A DNA stretch of 23,521 nt from Myxococcota bacterium (GCA_036149055.1 JAYZQJ010000035.1:1-23521); one strand, 5' to 3'; counted from the first letter of the stretch, positions 1 through 11,074 are shown. The notes: a model not told the origin generated them from the letters alone. Numbers and translations are program-made.

Positions 1-122
1 CCCCATTGGCGCTTTGCCCAATGGGGGGAGGGTTTGCACCAAACCCTCCAGCAAGAAGCAGCGGGAGGGGGGCCCCATTGGCGCTTTGCCCAATGGGGGG
101 AGGGTTTGCACCAAACCCTCCA
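1..122. repeat. Tandem pair of identical 50-bp double-hairpin (REP-like) units, period 72 bp; may continue left of the window
   Basis: ccccattggcgctttgcccaatggggggagggtttgcaccaaaccctcca occurs at 1-50 and 73-122. Each unit has a ccccattgg/ccaatgggg 9-bp stem and a ggagggtttg/caaaccctcc 10-bp stem. It lies 6 nt beyond the cdaR stop. Confidence 0.9.
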
Positions 123-128
123 AGAAAA

Positions 129-1073
129 TCACCGCGCGGGGACGACGAGGACTTCGGCGGGATCGGGGGTGCCGACGATGCCGTCGGGGAGGCCTCGGAT
201 CTGGACCGGGAGGGGCTGAGCGCCGCGGCCTTCGCCGAGGGCCGAGACGTCGACGAAGGGCACGACGCGCCGGGGGTGGAGGTCGTCCACCCGGGCGCGC
301 GGGCCGCGGAGGCGGACGTCGACGCGCGCCGGACGGAGGGCGACGTCTTCGCCGCCGACGACGCTGACCTCGAGGTCCTCGAAGTTGCGGCTCCCCTCCT
401 CCTCCTCGACCGTCACCGTGACGACGACCGAGACGGTGTCGACGTAGGTCACGTGATCGGGGAGCGCGGTGAGGGGCACACGCCGCTCGTGCCGACCGGG
501 GCCGATGCCGGTGAGGTCGACCGGCTGAGTGCGCACGACCTCGATGCGGCGGGCCTCGCTGGCCGCGCCGCGGATCTGCACGTTGCTCGGATCCACCACC
601 GAGCCGACCAGGAGGTTGCCGTCGGCGACCTCGCCCTCGAACACCGGATCGACGCGCACGCGGCGCTCGGCCCGGTCGACCCAGGTGAGCGGCACCGCGG
701 CCGGCGCGATCTGCACGATGCTCGCCCCGGCCGGCAGCTCGAGCTCCTCCTGCTCGAAGTAGTAGAAGTGCGCGCTCGCGTCGCGCAGGTCCATCTGGAT
801 GGGCTGCATTCCGTCGCGGCGGACCGCGTTGAGCACCGAGCGCGAGCCGCGCAGGGTGACCCGGATCTCGTCCGGGATCTCGCTCACCAGCATGCGCTCG
901 GTCGACGGCGGCGGGAGCAGCGCGACGACGTCCACCGAGATGCTGATCTGGGCGTCCTCGGTGCCGCGCACGATCACGAAGAGCCCGACGGAGGCGACCA
1001 GCGCCACGAGCTTCAGCCCGAGGTGGTCGGTGAGCGCCCGCATGAGGAAGCTCTTCTTGGCCGGCGCGCTCAC
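129..1073 (-). CDS. cdaR: YbbR-like (CdaR family) membrane-anchored protein, putative diadenylate cyclase regulator
   Basis: 314 aa. N-terminal anchor (LGLKLVALVASVGLFVIV) followed by YbbR-type beta repeats (PDEIRVTLRG, VDPSNVQIRGAAS, RPARVDVRLRGP). Overlaps the cdaA stop by 4 nt. Confidence 0.85.
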   Translation of the reverse strand: MSAPAKKSFLMRALTDHLGLKLVALVASVGLFVIVRGTEDAQISISVDVVALLPPPSTERMLVSEIPDEIRVTLRGSRSVLNAVRRDGMQPIQMDLRDASAHFYYFEQEELELPAGASIVQIAPAAVPLTWVDRAERRVRVDPVFEGEVADGNLLVGSVVDPSNVQIRGAASEARRIEVVRTQPVDLTGIGPGRHERRVPLTALPDHVTYVDTVSVVVTVTVEEEEGSRNFEDLEVSVVGGEDVALRPARVDVRLRGPRARVDDLHPRRVVPFVDVSALGEGRGAQPLPVQIRGLPDGIVGTPDPAEVLVVPAR

Positions 1074-2062
1074 GGGGCGCTCTCCTCGGCCTCGGACACC
1101 GGGCCGTCGAGGGTCGAGCGCTTCGGCGCCTCGTCCTCGGAGGCGGCCGCCGGCTCGACGCCGGGGCTGCTCTTGCTGACCTCGTCCGGCACGTGCGAGG
1201 CGCGCGAGGCGTCCTCCTTGGCCTTGCGGGCGCGGTCGCGCGCCTTCGGCGGCGTCTTCGCCTTGCCGCTGCGCTTCTCGAAGAGACCGACCAGCGCCTG
1301 ACGCAGCATGTTGGTGTCGAGGTCGCGCACGATGTTGCCGCCGAAGCAGAGGCTCGCGCTCCCGCGCTCCTCGCTGACGACCACGATCACCGCGTCGCTC
1401 TCCTCCGAGAGCCCGATCGCCGCCCGGTGGCGGGTGCCGAGGGTGCGGTCGACCTTTCGCGACTCGGTGAGGGGCAGGAAGGCGCCCGCCTCCCAGACCC
1501 GGCCGTCGCGGATCACCACCGCGCCGTCGTGCATCGGGTTCTCGTAGCTGGGCACGAAGATGCTGTAGAGCAGCTCCTTCGAGACCTCGGCGTCGAGCTT
1601 GGTGCCGTGCTCGATGAACTCGTCGAGGCCGGCCTCCCGCTCGAACACGATGAGCGCCCCGATGCGCTTCTGAGCGAGGGCCTGGGCCGCCTTCACGACC
1701 TCCTCGATCACCTGCGACTCGCGCGCGCTCTGACGGCCGCGGAAGAACGGGCGGCTGCCGACCCGCATCAGGGCGCGGCGGATGTCGTTCTGGAACAGGA
1801 TGACGATGATGATGACCACGTAGGTCAGCAGCGCGTCGAGGATGGTGAAGAGCGTGATCAGCCCGGCGCGGCGCGCCAGCGTGTAGACCAGGAACACCAG
1901 CACCAGGCCGACGCCCATCTGCATCGCGCGGGTGCCGCGGATGAGGAGCAGCACGCGATAGAACAGGTAGGCGACGAGCAGGATGTCGAGGATGTCGACG
2001 ACCACCCGCAGCGCGTCGCGCTCGAGGAAGAAGGCGGCGGTGGCGTCGATGATCTCGTTCAT
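1070..2062 (-). CDS. cdaA: Diadenylate cyclase CdaA (c-di-AMP synthase; N-terminal TM helices + DAC domain)
   Basis: C-terminal part of ORF 1070..2362. Start ATG at 2062 (MNEIID) with a GGAGG RBS and an ATGA overlap with the folP stop. TM region DILLVAYLFYRVLLLIRGTRA; FQNDIRRAL; catalytic HDGAVVI and GTRHRAAIGLSEESDA motifs. Confidence 0.95.
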   Translation of the reverse strand: MNEIIDATAAFFLERDALRVVVDILDILLVAYLFYRVLLLIRGTRAMQMGVGLVLVFLVYTLARRAGLITLFTILDALLTYVVIIIVILFQNDIRRALMRVGSRPFFRGRQSARESQVIEEVVKAAQALAQKRIGALIVFEREAGLDEFIEHGTKLDAEVSKELLYSIFVPSYENPMHDGAVVIRDGRVWEAGAFLPLTESRKVDRTLGTRHRAAIGLSEESDAVIVVVSEERGSASLCFGGNIVRDLDTNMLRQALVGLFEKRSGKAKTPPKARDRARKAKEDASRASHVPDEVSKSSPGVEPAAASEDEAPKRSTLDGPVSEAEESAP

Positions 2063-2985
2063 CGCGCCTCCCGCATCGCCTCGGAGACGCGGGCCGCCTG
2101 GGCGCTCGCGAAGACGTCGTGGACCCGGACCGCCGCGCAGCCGGCGAGCGCGGCCGCGGTGACCGCGGCGAGGCTGCCTCCGAGGCGCGCGTCGGGCGCC
2201 GGCGCCTCGCCCCCGGCCGCGGCCACGGTGCGCGCGATCCACGACTTGCGCGAGGCTCCCACGAGAACCGGGTACCCGCTCCGGGCGAAGACGTCCAGAT
2301 TGGCGAGCAAGGTCACGCTCTGGGCCGCCGTCTTGGCGAAGCCGAGGCCCGGATCGATCCACACCTCGCGGACGCCGAGCCTCTCGGCCCGCGCGGCGGC
2401 CTCCCGCAGCTCGCTCAGCACGTCCGCCACCACGTCCCCGTAGGCGCAGGTCTCCGGATCCACACGGCCGCCGTTCCGGGTGTGCATGAGGACCAGCGCC
2501 GCGCCGCGCTCGGCGGTCGCGCGGATCAGGGCCTCCGACGCCCCGCCGCTGACGTCGTTCACGTAGGCGGCGCCGGCGTCGAGCGCGGCCGCGGCCACCT
2601 CCGCCTTCACGGTGTCGACGCTGACCGGCACCGCCGGGTGCGCCGCGCGCAGGCGCTCGACGACGGGCACCACCCGCCGGAGCTCCTCCTCGAGCGAGAC
2701 CCTCTCGGCGCCGGCGCCATAGGTCTGACCGGGGGGTCGGCTGCTCTCGCCGCCCACGTCGATGACGTCGGCGCCCTCCTCGATCATGCGGGTGGCCCGG
2801 GCCAGCGCGGCGTCGGCGTCGAGGTAGCGCCCGCCGTCCGAGAAGGAGTCGGGGGTCACGTTCAACACGCCCCAGACGGCGCAGCGAGACGGCGCGCGCA
2901 CATGCGCGAGCCCGCGCACGAGATCCTCGTGCGCGGGCGCGTTCGTCGTCTCTCCGGAGTCCCTGCGGGGCTCCTCCCCCATCAC
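2059..2985 (-). CDS. folP: Dihydropteroate synthase
   Basis: Motifs GVLNVTPDSFSDGG, DVIDVGGESSRP, SVDT, IDPGLGFAK, GASRKS, VRVHDV. Directly follows ftsH. Start is GTG 2985 or ATG 2982. Confidence 0.97.
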   Translation of the reverse strand: MMGEEPRRDSGETTNAPAHEDLVRGLAHVRAPSRCAVWGVLNVTPDSFSDGGRYLDADAALARATRMIEEGADVIDVGGESSRPPGQTYGAGAERVSLEEELRRVVPVVERLRAAHPAVPVSVDTVKAEVAAAALDAGAAYVNDVSGGASEALIRATAERGAALVLMHTRNGGRVDPETCAYGDVVADVLSELREAAARAERLGVREVWIDPGLGFAKTAAQSVTLLANLDVFARSGYPVLVGASRKSWIARTVAAAGGEAPAPDARLGGSLAAVTAAALAGCAAVRVHDVFASAQAARVSEAMREAR

Positions 2986-2986
2986 G

Positions 2987-4915
<1,929 letters not shown>

Positions 4916-4976
4916 GAAAACCTCGGAGTGAGGGCGTGCCCCAGATGCCGCTCGACCCGGGTCTGGGCCGAATGTC

Positions 4977-5005
4977 TAGCTAGCACACGCATTGCACTAC
5001 ATCAA
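4977..5005 (-). promoter_or_regulatory. Candidate sigma70-type promoter for ftsH-folP-cdaA-cdaR
   Basis: Minus strand TTGATG-N17-TAGCTA in an AT-richer patch ~60 nt upstream of ftsH. The -10 is imperfect. Confidence 0.35.
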
Positions 5006-5091
5006 CGATCTGAGGCCGTACGGCCGGGATGCAAACCCCGGATTTCTCCGGGTCCGGGAGCCGCCCTCACACAGGGTGACGTACGGCCCGC

Positions 5092-6045
5092 TCATGGAGA
5101 ACTTTCCGCCGGGCGGCTGCGGGTGGGGCGATCGGGCTCGGGGGCCGCGACCAGGACTCCGTCCTCGATCCGGGCCACCGTGCCGCCGGGGAGGAGCACG
5201 TCGCCGGGCCCGCCGCCCACCAGGCGCTCGAGCGCGTCGAGGTGCGCTCGCTTGGCCGGCCGGCCGCTCCGCGCCTCGACCCAGCGGCTCAGCCGCGCCC
5301 GACGCCCGAGCGGCGCCGCGGCGGCCAGCGGGGCCACCGGGAGGCGCGCCTCCGGCTCTTCGTCGGAGACCAGCGCCGCGAGCCCCCGCGCCTCGTCGGC
5401 GAGCCGGGCGAGGTGCTCGACCACGCGGGGATCCTCCTCGCGCAGGGTCGGCAGGAGCGCGCGGAGCCGCACCCGCTCGAAGCGGGGATCGGCGTTGCTC
5501 GGATCCTCGACGTGCGGCAGCCCGTGGCGGGCGACGTGGGCGCGAACGTCCTCGCGCCGGCAGTCGATCAGGGGGCGGATCACCCCGTCCTCGCGGGCCG
5601 GATCGATGCTGGCGAGGCCGATCACCCCGACGCCGCGGAGCAGCCGCGACAGGACCGTCTCGGCCTGGTCGTCCTGGGTGTGCCCGACCGCCACGTGCGA
5701 GGCGCCGACGCGCGCCGCCTCGGCGTGGAGCGCGGCGTATCGCGCCTCCCGGGCGGCCGCCTGCAGCGAGCCCTCGCGCTTCACCTCCACCCGCAGCGCG
5801 GTGAAGGGCACGTCCAGCGACGAGGCGAGCGCGCGCGCCGCCTCGACGTCGCGATCGGCGTCGGGGCGGAGGCCGTGGTTCACGCTCGCCGCGAAGAGCG
5901 AGAGCTCCCGCTCGGGGGCGATCCGAGCCAGCGCATGGAGCAGCGCCGCGGAGTCCGGTCCCCCGGAGCACCCCACCAGCACGCGAGCGCCGCGCGGGGC
6001 CAGCTCCCGCTCGTCGAAGGTGCGTCTGACGCGAGCGAGGATCAC
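5092..6045 (-). CDS. tilS: tRNA(Ile)-lysidine synthetase TilS (short form)
   Basis: PP-loop SGGPDS, VNHGLR, AAREARY, GHTQDDQAET, IRPL, DPSN..RxRLR. Conserved tilS-ftsH-folP order. 317 aa. Confidence 0.96.
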   Translation of the reverse strand: MILARVRRTFDERELAPRGARVLVGCSGGPDSAALLHALARIAPERELSLFAASVNHGLRPDADRDVEAARALASSLDVPFTALRVEVKREGSLQAAAREARYAALHAEAARVGASHVAVGHTQDDQAETVLSRLLRGVGVIGLASIDPAREDGVIRPLIDCRREDVRAHVARHGLPHVEDPSNADPRFERVRLRALLPTLREEDPRVVEHLARLADEARGLAALVSDEEPEARLPVAPLAAAAPLGRRARLSRWVEARSGRPAKRAHLDALERLVGGGPGDVLLPGGTVARIEDGVLVAAPEPDRPTRSRPAESSP

Positions 6046-6051
6046 CCGGCC

Positions 6052-6091
6052 AAGGTAACGCCATCCGGCGCGATTGCCCGGATGCTATCCT
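6052..6091. promoter_or_regulatory. Back-to-back TAnnnT -10 elements, each 6 nt upstream of a GTG start (putative divergent leaderless promoters)
   Basis: Minus strand: TACCTT (6057-6052), 6 nt, GTG of tilS (6045). Plus strand: TG-C-TATCCT (6083-6091), 6 nt, GTG at 6098. No obvious Shine-Dalgarno for either gene. Confidence 0.5.
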
Positions 6092-6097
6092 CCCGGC

Positions 6098-7411
6098 GTG
6101 CGCCTGGACACGCGCTGGCTGCTCGCCGCCACGATGCTCCTCTCGCTGGGCTTCGACTTCCGCGGCTGCGGGGGCGGCACGCCGGAGGGCGCGCCCCTCG
6201 ACGCCGGCCGCCCGCTCCCGGTGCGCACCGGCCCGTGCCTGGTCGACGCGGACTGCGCGAGCGACGACATGTGCGCGCTGATGGTCTGCCGCGCGGGCCG
6301 ATGCGTGGACGAGGGCCCGCCGTTCGACAGCGACGGCGATCGGGTCGCGCCGCCGCCGTGCGGAGACGACTGCAACGACCGCAGCGCGAGCACGTTCCCC
6401 GGCGCGGCCGAGATCTGCAACCGGGTCGACGACGACTGCGACGGAGCGATCGACGAGGACGCGCCCGGCGCCCAGGCGTTCCCGGGCCCTCCCCTCCACC
6501 TCGCCCGCCTCGCGGCGCTCTCGGACGGCTGGGCGTACGTCGGCCTCTCCCTGGAGGGAGACCTGCTCGCGCAGACGGTGGCCCTCGACGGGACCGTGCG
6601 GGACCCGAGCGTGATCGCGAGCCGCGCCGACGTCGGGGACGTGGTGGACGTCGCCGCGCACGGGCGGGGGAGCCAGGTGGTGGTGGCGCTCGCCCGCGGC
6701 ATCACCGGGCCGCCGCTCCGGCTGGTGATCGACCGCGTGGGCGACGCCCTCGTGCCCACCGGGCCCCCCGCCGAGCTCGGCGACGTGGGCGCGGAGCGGG
6801 TCGCGCTCACCGTCTTCGGCGGCAGCGAGTGGCTCGCCTGGGACACCACCGCGGCCCGCGCGCTGCTCCGGGTGGCGGACGGCTCGGTGCGCGCCCTCGA
6901 CCGCGGCGACGGATTCGCCCGGCCGAGCTTCGCCACCGACGGGGAGCGCCTGGCGGTGACCGACGGCGACGCGCGGATCCGGTTCTACGACGCGGGCGGC
7001 GTGGAGGTCGCGACGCAGACGATGGCCGGGCCCCTCGCGGCCTCCGCCCTCGCCTCCGGCGACGGAGTCGTCTACGTCGCCTACCGCGACGCGATCGACC
7101 ACCTGATCGCCGAGGTGTCGATCGACCGGGTCGGCTCCGGGGTGGTCGCGCCGGCGGGCGCGCGCGACGACGCCGTCTCCCTCGGACGCACCGACGCCAA
7201 CCTCGTCGTGATGCGCGCCGACGCCCGGGGCGCCCGCGCCACCCTGATGACCCTCGACCTCCGCGAGTTCGTGGGCGCCTTCGACCGCGTCACCCTGGTC
7301 GCCGGCACGCCGCGGCGCATGATGACGGCCACCAGCGGCGCCGGCGTGACGGCGGTCGGGACCGCCTACGAAGGTGAAGCCGGGCTGGGCATTCTCCGCT
7401 GCGGCGAATAA
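6098..7411 (+). CDS. Exported (possibly lipo-) protein with a Cys-rich segment, one MopE-related putative metal-binding motif and a beta-rich C-terminal domain
   Basis: ORF 6074..7411, likely GTG start 6098. Signal-like [33 protein letters not shown]...[30 protein letters not shown] matches the MopE-related repeat pattern. Confidence 0.8.
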   Translation: MRLDTRWLLAATMLLSLGFDFRGCGGGTPEGAPLDAGRPLPVRTGPCLVDADCASDDMCALMVCRAGRCVDEGPPFDSDGDRVAPPPCGDDCNDRSASTFPGAAEICNRVDDDCDGAIDEDAPGAQAFPGPPLHLARLAALSDGWAYVGLSLEGDLLAQTVALDGTVRDPSVIASRADVGDVVDVAAHGRGSQVVVALARGITGPPLRLVIDRVGDALVPTGPPAELGDVGAERVALTVFGGSEWLAWDTTAARALLRVADGSVRALDRGDGFARPSFATDGERLAVTDGDARIRFYDAGGVEVATQTMAGPLAASALASGDGVVYVAYRDAIDHLIAEVSIDRVGSGVVAPAGARDDAVSLGRTDANLVVMRADARGARATLMTLDLREFVGAFDRVTLVAGTPRRMMTATSGAGVTAVGTAYEGEAGLGILRCGE

Positions 7412-7422
7412 GGTCGGGGGTC

Positions 7423-7983
7423 ATGGGCAAACGACCAGAGACCGACCGGCTCGTCTGGATCGACCTCGAGATGAGCGGCCTCGATCACGAGAAGGAGCGC
7501 ATCCTCGAGATCGCGACCCTCGTCACCGACGGGCAGCTGAACATCCTCGACGAGGGGCCCGAGCTGGTGATCCACCAGCCGGACAGCCTCCTCGAGGCGA
7601 TGGACGCGTGGAACACGAAACACCACGGCGCGTCCGGGCTCGTCGATCGGGTGAAGGCGTCGACCATCTCGACCGAGGACGCCGAGGCGCAGACGCTCGC
7701 GTTCCTCGCCGAGCACGTCGAGGAGGGCGCGGCGCCGCTCGCCGGCAACTCCGTGCACCAGGACCGGCTCTTCCTGGCCAAATACATGCCGAAGCTCACC
7801 GCGCACCTGCACTACCGCAACGTCGACGTCTCGACGGTGAAGGAGCTGGTGAAGCGCTGGCACCCGGAGGCCTTCGAGGGCCGCCCCACCAAGAAGGGCC
7901 AGCACCGGGCCCTCGACGACATCCGCGAATCGATCGAGGAGCTCCGCTACTACCGCTCCGCCGTCTTCGTCCCCCCATCCTGA
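7423..7983 (+). CDS. orn: Oligoribonuclease
   Basis: DEDDh motifs [66 protein letters not shown]. 186 aa. Confidence 0.98.
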   Translation: MGKRPETDRLVWIDLEMSGLDHEKERILEIATLVTDGQLNILDEGPELVIHQPDSLLEAMDAWNTKHHGASGLVDRVKASTISTEDAEAQTLAFLAEHVEEGAAPLAGNSVHQDRLFLAKYMPKLTAHLHYRNVDVSTVKELVKRWHPEAFEGRPTKKGQHRALDDIRESIEELRYYRSAVFVPPS

Positions 7984-8015
7984 CCCTCCGACCGCCACCC
8001 GGCTCGGGTCCCCCG

Positions 8016-8238
8016 ACTCGCAGGAAGCGAGGAAGGGAGGAAACGAGGAAGAAAGGGCTGGCCGAGCGTCGTCTGCCCGCCGGTCCACGACCGCGAGCCG
8101 GCTCGGCCCCTGCTTTACGGGGAGGGGGGAGACGGGAGGGAGGAGAGAGAGCGGCTCGACCGCCCAGGCGCGCCGAGCCGCCGAGGCCCGGCTGCCCCTC
8201 TTCCTCCTCGCTTCCACCCTTCCTCGCTTCCTGCGAGT
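8016..8238. mobile_element. MITE-like non-coding element with long purine/pyrimidine-skewed terminal inverted repeats
   Basis: actcgcaggaagcgaggaaggg (8016-8037) is the perfect reverse complement of 8217-8238. Pairing continues imperfectly to ~40 bp. It lies between convergent genes. No target-site duplication is seen, and mobility is inferred only. Confidence 0.6.
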
Positions 8239-8266
8239 AGCGAGAAGCGAGAAGCGAGAAGCAAGA
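8239..8266. repeat. Heptamer tandem repeat (AGCGAGA)x3 + AGCAAGA
   Basis: Read directly; abuts the right inverted repeat of the 8016-8238 element. Confidence 0.85.
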
Positions 8267-8297
8267 ACGGAGGGAGGCGGCGCTTCCTGGCTTCCCG

Positions 8298-9008
8298 CTA
8301 CCAGGTACCGGTGACGAGCGGGATGCGCAGGTCGGAGGCCTGGCCGAGCATCATGTGGGCGCGCTCCTCCTGCGTGAACATGTCGGCGGAGTGCACCATG
8401 GGCACGCCGAGCAGGAGCTGGCCGTCGGCGAAGCGGAGCACGCCGCCGCCGCCCGCGAGGGTGCGGCGCAGGGCGCTCTGGGCGGCGTCTTCTTCGGCGT
8501 CGCCTTCGTCCCCTCCGGGGGCCTCGGCGTCCTCGTCACCCGAGGCGCCCTGGCCGGTGTCCGCGCCGGGGTTGTAGCTGGTCAACGCCAGCACGCCGAC
8601 GAAGGTCGGGACGATCAGCGCCATGCCGACCGCGAGCACGATGACCGAGGCCTCGGCGAAGCCGGACTGGGCGACGCCCATCGCGTCGTACGCCGGGTCC
8701 TCGAGCGCGAAGTAACCGGCGACCGCGCCGCCGGCCGCGCCGATGGCCGGGAAGAGGATCCAGGCCCAGGCCTCGTCGAGCTCACGGGCGCCCGCGCTGA
8801 CGATCAGCGCGGGGATGATGAAGCCGATCTCGGCGCCGAGGATGCCGCCGCCGAGGATGCCTTTTCCGTCCGGGCCCACGCGGTTGCACAGCTCGCTCGC
8901 GGGGTCGCACTGCGCCTCCGCCCGAGGGGTGGACACGAAGGCCTGACCCGCGACGAGCGCGGCGGTGAGAATGGCAACGAAGCTCAGGTGATGAAGTCGC
9001 AAGCCCAC
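8298..9008 (-). CDS. Hypothetical exported membrane protein
   Basis: 236 aa. Signal peptide ending AEA, three Gly-rich hydrophobic segments, an acidic linker and C-terminal LVTGTW. A GGAGG RBS fits a TTG start at 9002 better than the GTG at 9008. Confidence 0.8.
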   Translation of the reverse strand: MGLRLHHLSFVAILTAALVAGQAFVSTPRAEAQCDPASELCNRVGPDGKGILGGGILGAEIGFIIPALIVSAGARELDEAWAWILFPAIGAAGGAVAGYFALEDPAYDAMGVAQSGFAEASVIVLAVGMALIVPTFVGVLALTSYNPGADTGQGASGDEDAEAPGGDEGDAEEDAAQSALRRTLAGGGGVLRFADGQLLLGVPMVHSADMFTQEERAHMMLGQASDLRIPLVTGTW

Positions 9009-9040
9009 CCCTCCCTCGGGACGCTCAGAAGCTGCCGGCG

Positions 9041-9069
9041 ACCTTAGACGCTGGGCGCCAGCACAGCAA
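9041..9069 (-). promoter_or_regulatory. Candidate sigma70-type promoter for the 8298-9008 gene
   Basis: Minus strand TTGCTG-N17-TAAGGT, ~33 nt upstream of the start. Confidence 0.55.
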
Positions 9070-9120
9070 GCCCATGGTTCTCGGGTGCCCCGGCGGCCGA
9101 GATCGTTCAGCTCCAGCCGA

Positions 9121-10872
9121 TCACGCCAGGCCGCCGATGCGGAGCTCGATGGCGCCGCCGCCCCGGTAGGTGTCCGGCCGGAGGCTGCCGAAGAGGCTGA
9201 CCTGGGCGCCGATCTCGCCGGCGAGATCCCCCATCTCCCAGCCGAACGCGGTGAGGCCGGTGTCGCCCACCCGGAGGGCGAGCTTCAGGTGGCCCTGGCC
9301 GACCACGCGGATGTCGTCGACGGCGGCGCCGTCGAGCAGGAACTGGGGCTCGGCGTTGCCCTCCCCCACCGGCTCGAGCGCGGCGAGCTCCGGCGCGGTG
9401 GGCAGCGGGTAGCCGTCGCCGAGCACCACGTCGATCCAGGGGCGGGCGTCGAGCGGCGGCAGCGCGGCCCGGGTCCCGCGGCAGACGTCGTCGAACTGGG
9501 CGCGGAACGCCTCCAGCCGGGCCTGCGAGAGGCTGAGGCCGGCGGCGGCGGCGTGCCCGCCGAACTTCGTGAGGTGCGAGCGGCACGAAGCGACCGCGTC
9601 GTAGATCGAGAAGCCATCGGGGGTCCGGCAGCTGCCGTGGCCCACGCCGTCCTCGAGGCCGATGACGACCGTGGGCGCCTCGAAGCGCTCCACCACGCGC
9701 GCGGCCACGATGCCGACCACGCCGCGATGCCAGCCCTCGGCCGCGACGACGATGCCGCCGTCGACCCGCTCGCCGTAGACCTCGCGCACCTGGGCGATCG
9801 CCTCGGCGGTGATGGTCTCCTGCAGCGCCTTGCGCTCCTGGTTGATCTGCTCGATGCGCGCCGCGAGCATGCGCGCCTCCTGCAGGGTGGAGGCCTGGAG
9901 GAGCTTCAGCGTGATCGCCGGGTCGCCGAGCCGGCCGGCCGCGTTCAGCCGCGGGGCCATGCGGAAGGCGACGTCGACGCCGCCGATCGGCGAGCCGTGA
10001 CGGATCCGCGCCGCCTCGCGGAGCGCCATGACCCCGGGGCGCGCGCGGGCCGAGGCGAGCGCGACGAGGCCCGCCTTGGTCAGCCGGCGGTTGTCTCCGT
10101 CGAGCGGGGCCACGTCGGCCACCGTGCCGAGCGCGACCAGGTCGAGCCACGGCCGGATGTCGAGCTTGCTGTTCACCGCGGCCCGCACCGCCGCGCCGAC
10201 GCTGAGCGCCAGGCCCGCGCTGCAGAGGCCCTTGTAGGGGAAGCCGCAGTCCGGGCGGTGCGGGTTGAGGAACGCGTTGGCCGGGAGCGGCTCGTCGGGC
10301 ACGAGGTGGTGGTCGACGACGATGACGTCGACCCCGCGCTTGCGGGCCGCCTCGATGCGCGGGTGATCGCTCGAGCCGCAGTCGCAGGTGACGATGAGCG
10401 TCGCGCCGGTCTCGAGCGCCCGGGCCAGCGCGGGCTCGCTGAAGCCGTAGCCGCCCTCGAAGCGGTTGGCGACGAGGCAGCGGCAGTCCGCGCCGAGCGC
10501 GCTCAGGACGCCGCCGAGGATCGCGGCGCTGGTCGTCCCGTCGACGTCGTAGTCGCCGAAGATCGCCACCACCTCTCGGGTGCGCACCGCGTGGGCGAGC
10601 CGCTCGGCCGCCGCGTCGCGATCCGCCATGCCGTCCGGCGGCGTCAGCCCGGCGAGGCGCGGCAGGAGGTAGTCCCGCCCCTCCTCCTCGGTGGAGATGC
10701 CCCGGTGCAACATCACCTGCGCCGTCGCCGGCCCCACCTCGCACGCGCGCCCCAGCTCCTTCGCGGCCGCGAGATCGCCCTCGCGGATGCGGTAGCCCGC
10801 CTTGGTCCCCACCGCGGTCTCGGCGCCGACGGCGGCGGGCTCGGAAGGCGGGCTCGAGGTGGCGGTCTCCAT
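9121..10872 (-). CDS. recJ: Single-stranded-DNA-specific exonuclease RecJ (DHH/DHHA1)
   Basis: ORF 9121..11046. Motifs IFGDYDVDG, NRFEGGYG, VTCDCG, VDHH, GTVADV, APRLNAAGRL, GSCR, GGHAAAAG, LEPVGEGNAEP. Start uncertain: ATG 10872 or ATG 10953. The ORF-track start at 11046 lies inside the secF terminator. Confidence 0.95.
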   Translation of the reverse strand: METATSSPPSEPAAVGAETAVGTKAGYRIREGDLAAAKELGRACEVGPATAQVMLHRGISTEEEGRDYLLPRLAGLTPPDGMADRDAAAERLAHAVRTREVVAIFGDYDVDGTTSAAILGGVLSALGADCRCLVANRFEGGYGFSEPALARALETGATLIVTCDCGSSDHPRIEAARKRGVDVIVVDHHLVPDEPLPANAFLNPHRPDCGFPYKGLCSAGLALSVGAAVRAAVNSKLDIRPWLDLVALGTVADVAPLDGDNRRLTKAGLVALASARARPGVMALREAARIRHGSPIGGVDVAFRMAPRLNAAGRLGDPAITLKLLQASTLQEARMLAARIEQINQERKALQETITAEAIAQVREVYGERVDGGIVVAAEGWHRGVVGIVAARVVERFEAPTVVIGLEDGVGHGSCRTPDGFSIYDAVASCRSHLTKFGGHAAAAGLSLSQARLEAFRAQFDDVCRGTRAALPPLDARPWIDVVLGDGYPLPTAPELAALEPVGEGNAEPQFLLDGAAVDDIRVVGQGHLKLALRVGDTGLTAFGWEMGDLAGEIGAQVSLFGSLRPDTYRGGGAIELRIGGLA

Positions 10873-11034
10873 GGCCGCCGACCATGAACGATCCCCCCGC
10901 CGATCGGTAGGAGTCTCCGGCGATACGGGCGCGTCGGCGTCGAAAATCGGCATCGATCCCCCAGACGCGCGCGCCTCGAGGCGACTGACGCAGATCGCCG
11001 TCACCGCATGCGACGAGGAGAGAAAGGGAGGCCG

Positions 11035-11074
11035 AAAAAAAGGCACGCCCCGGCGATCTGCCGAGACGTGCCTT
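11035..11074 (-). terminator. Intrinsic terminator of yajC-secD-secF
   Basis: Minus strand AAGGCACGTCTCGGC-agatc-GCCGGGGCGTGCCTT (15 bp including 2 G-U) running into a 7-T tract, ~35 nt after the secF stop. Confidence 0.85.

Noticed and set aside
1..122. CRISPR array (period 72, palindromic repeats)
   Set aside because: Only two units are visible, the 50-bp repeat is long, the 22-nt spacer is low-complexity, and there are no cas genes. It cannot be fully excluded without the left flank.
5014..5025. Palindrome GGCCGTACGGCC upstream of ftsH
   Set aside because: A 12-bp GC-rich palindrome is plausible by chance here; no supporting evidence.
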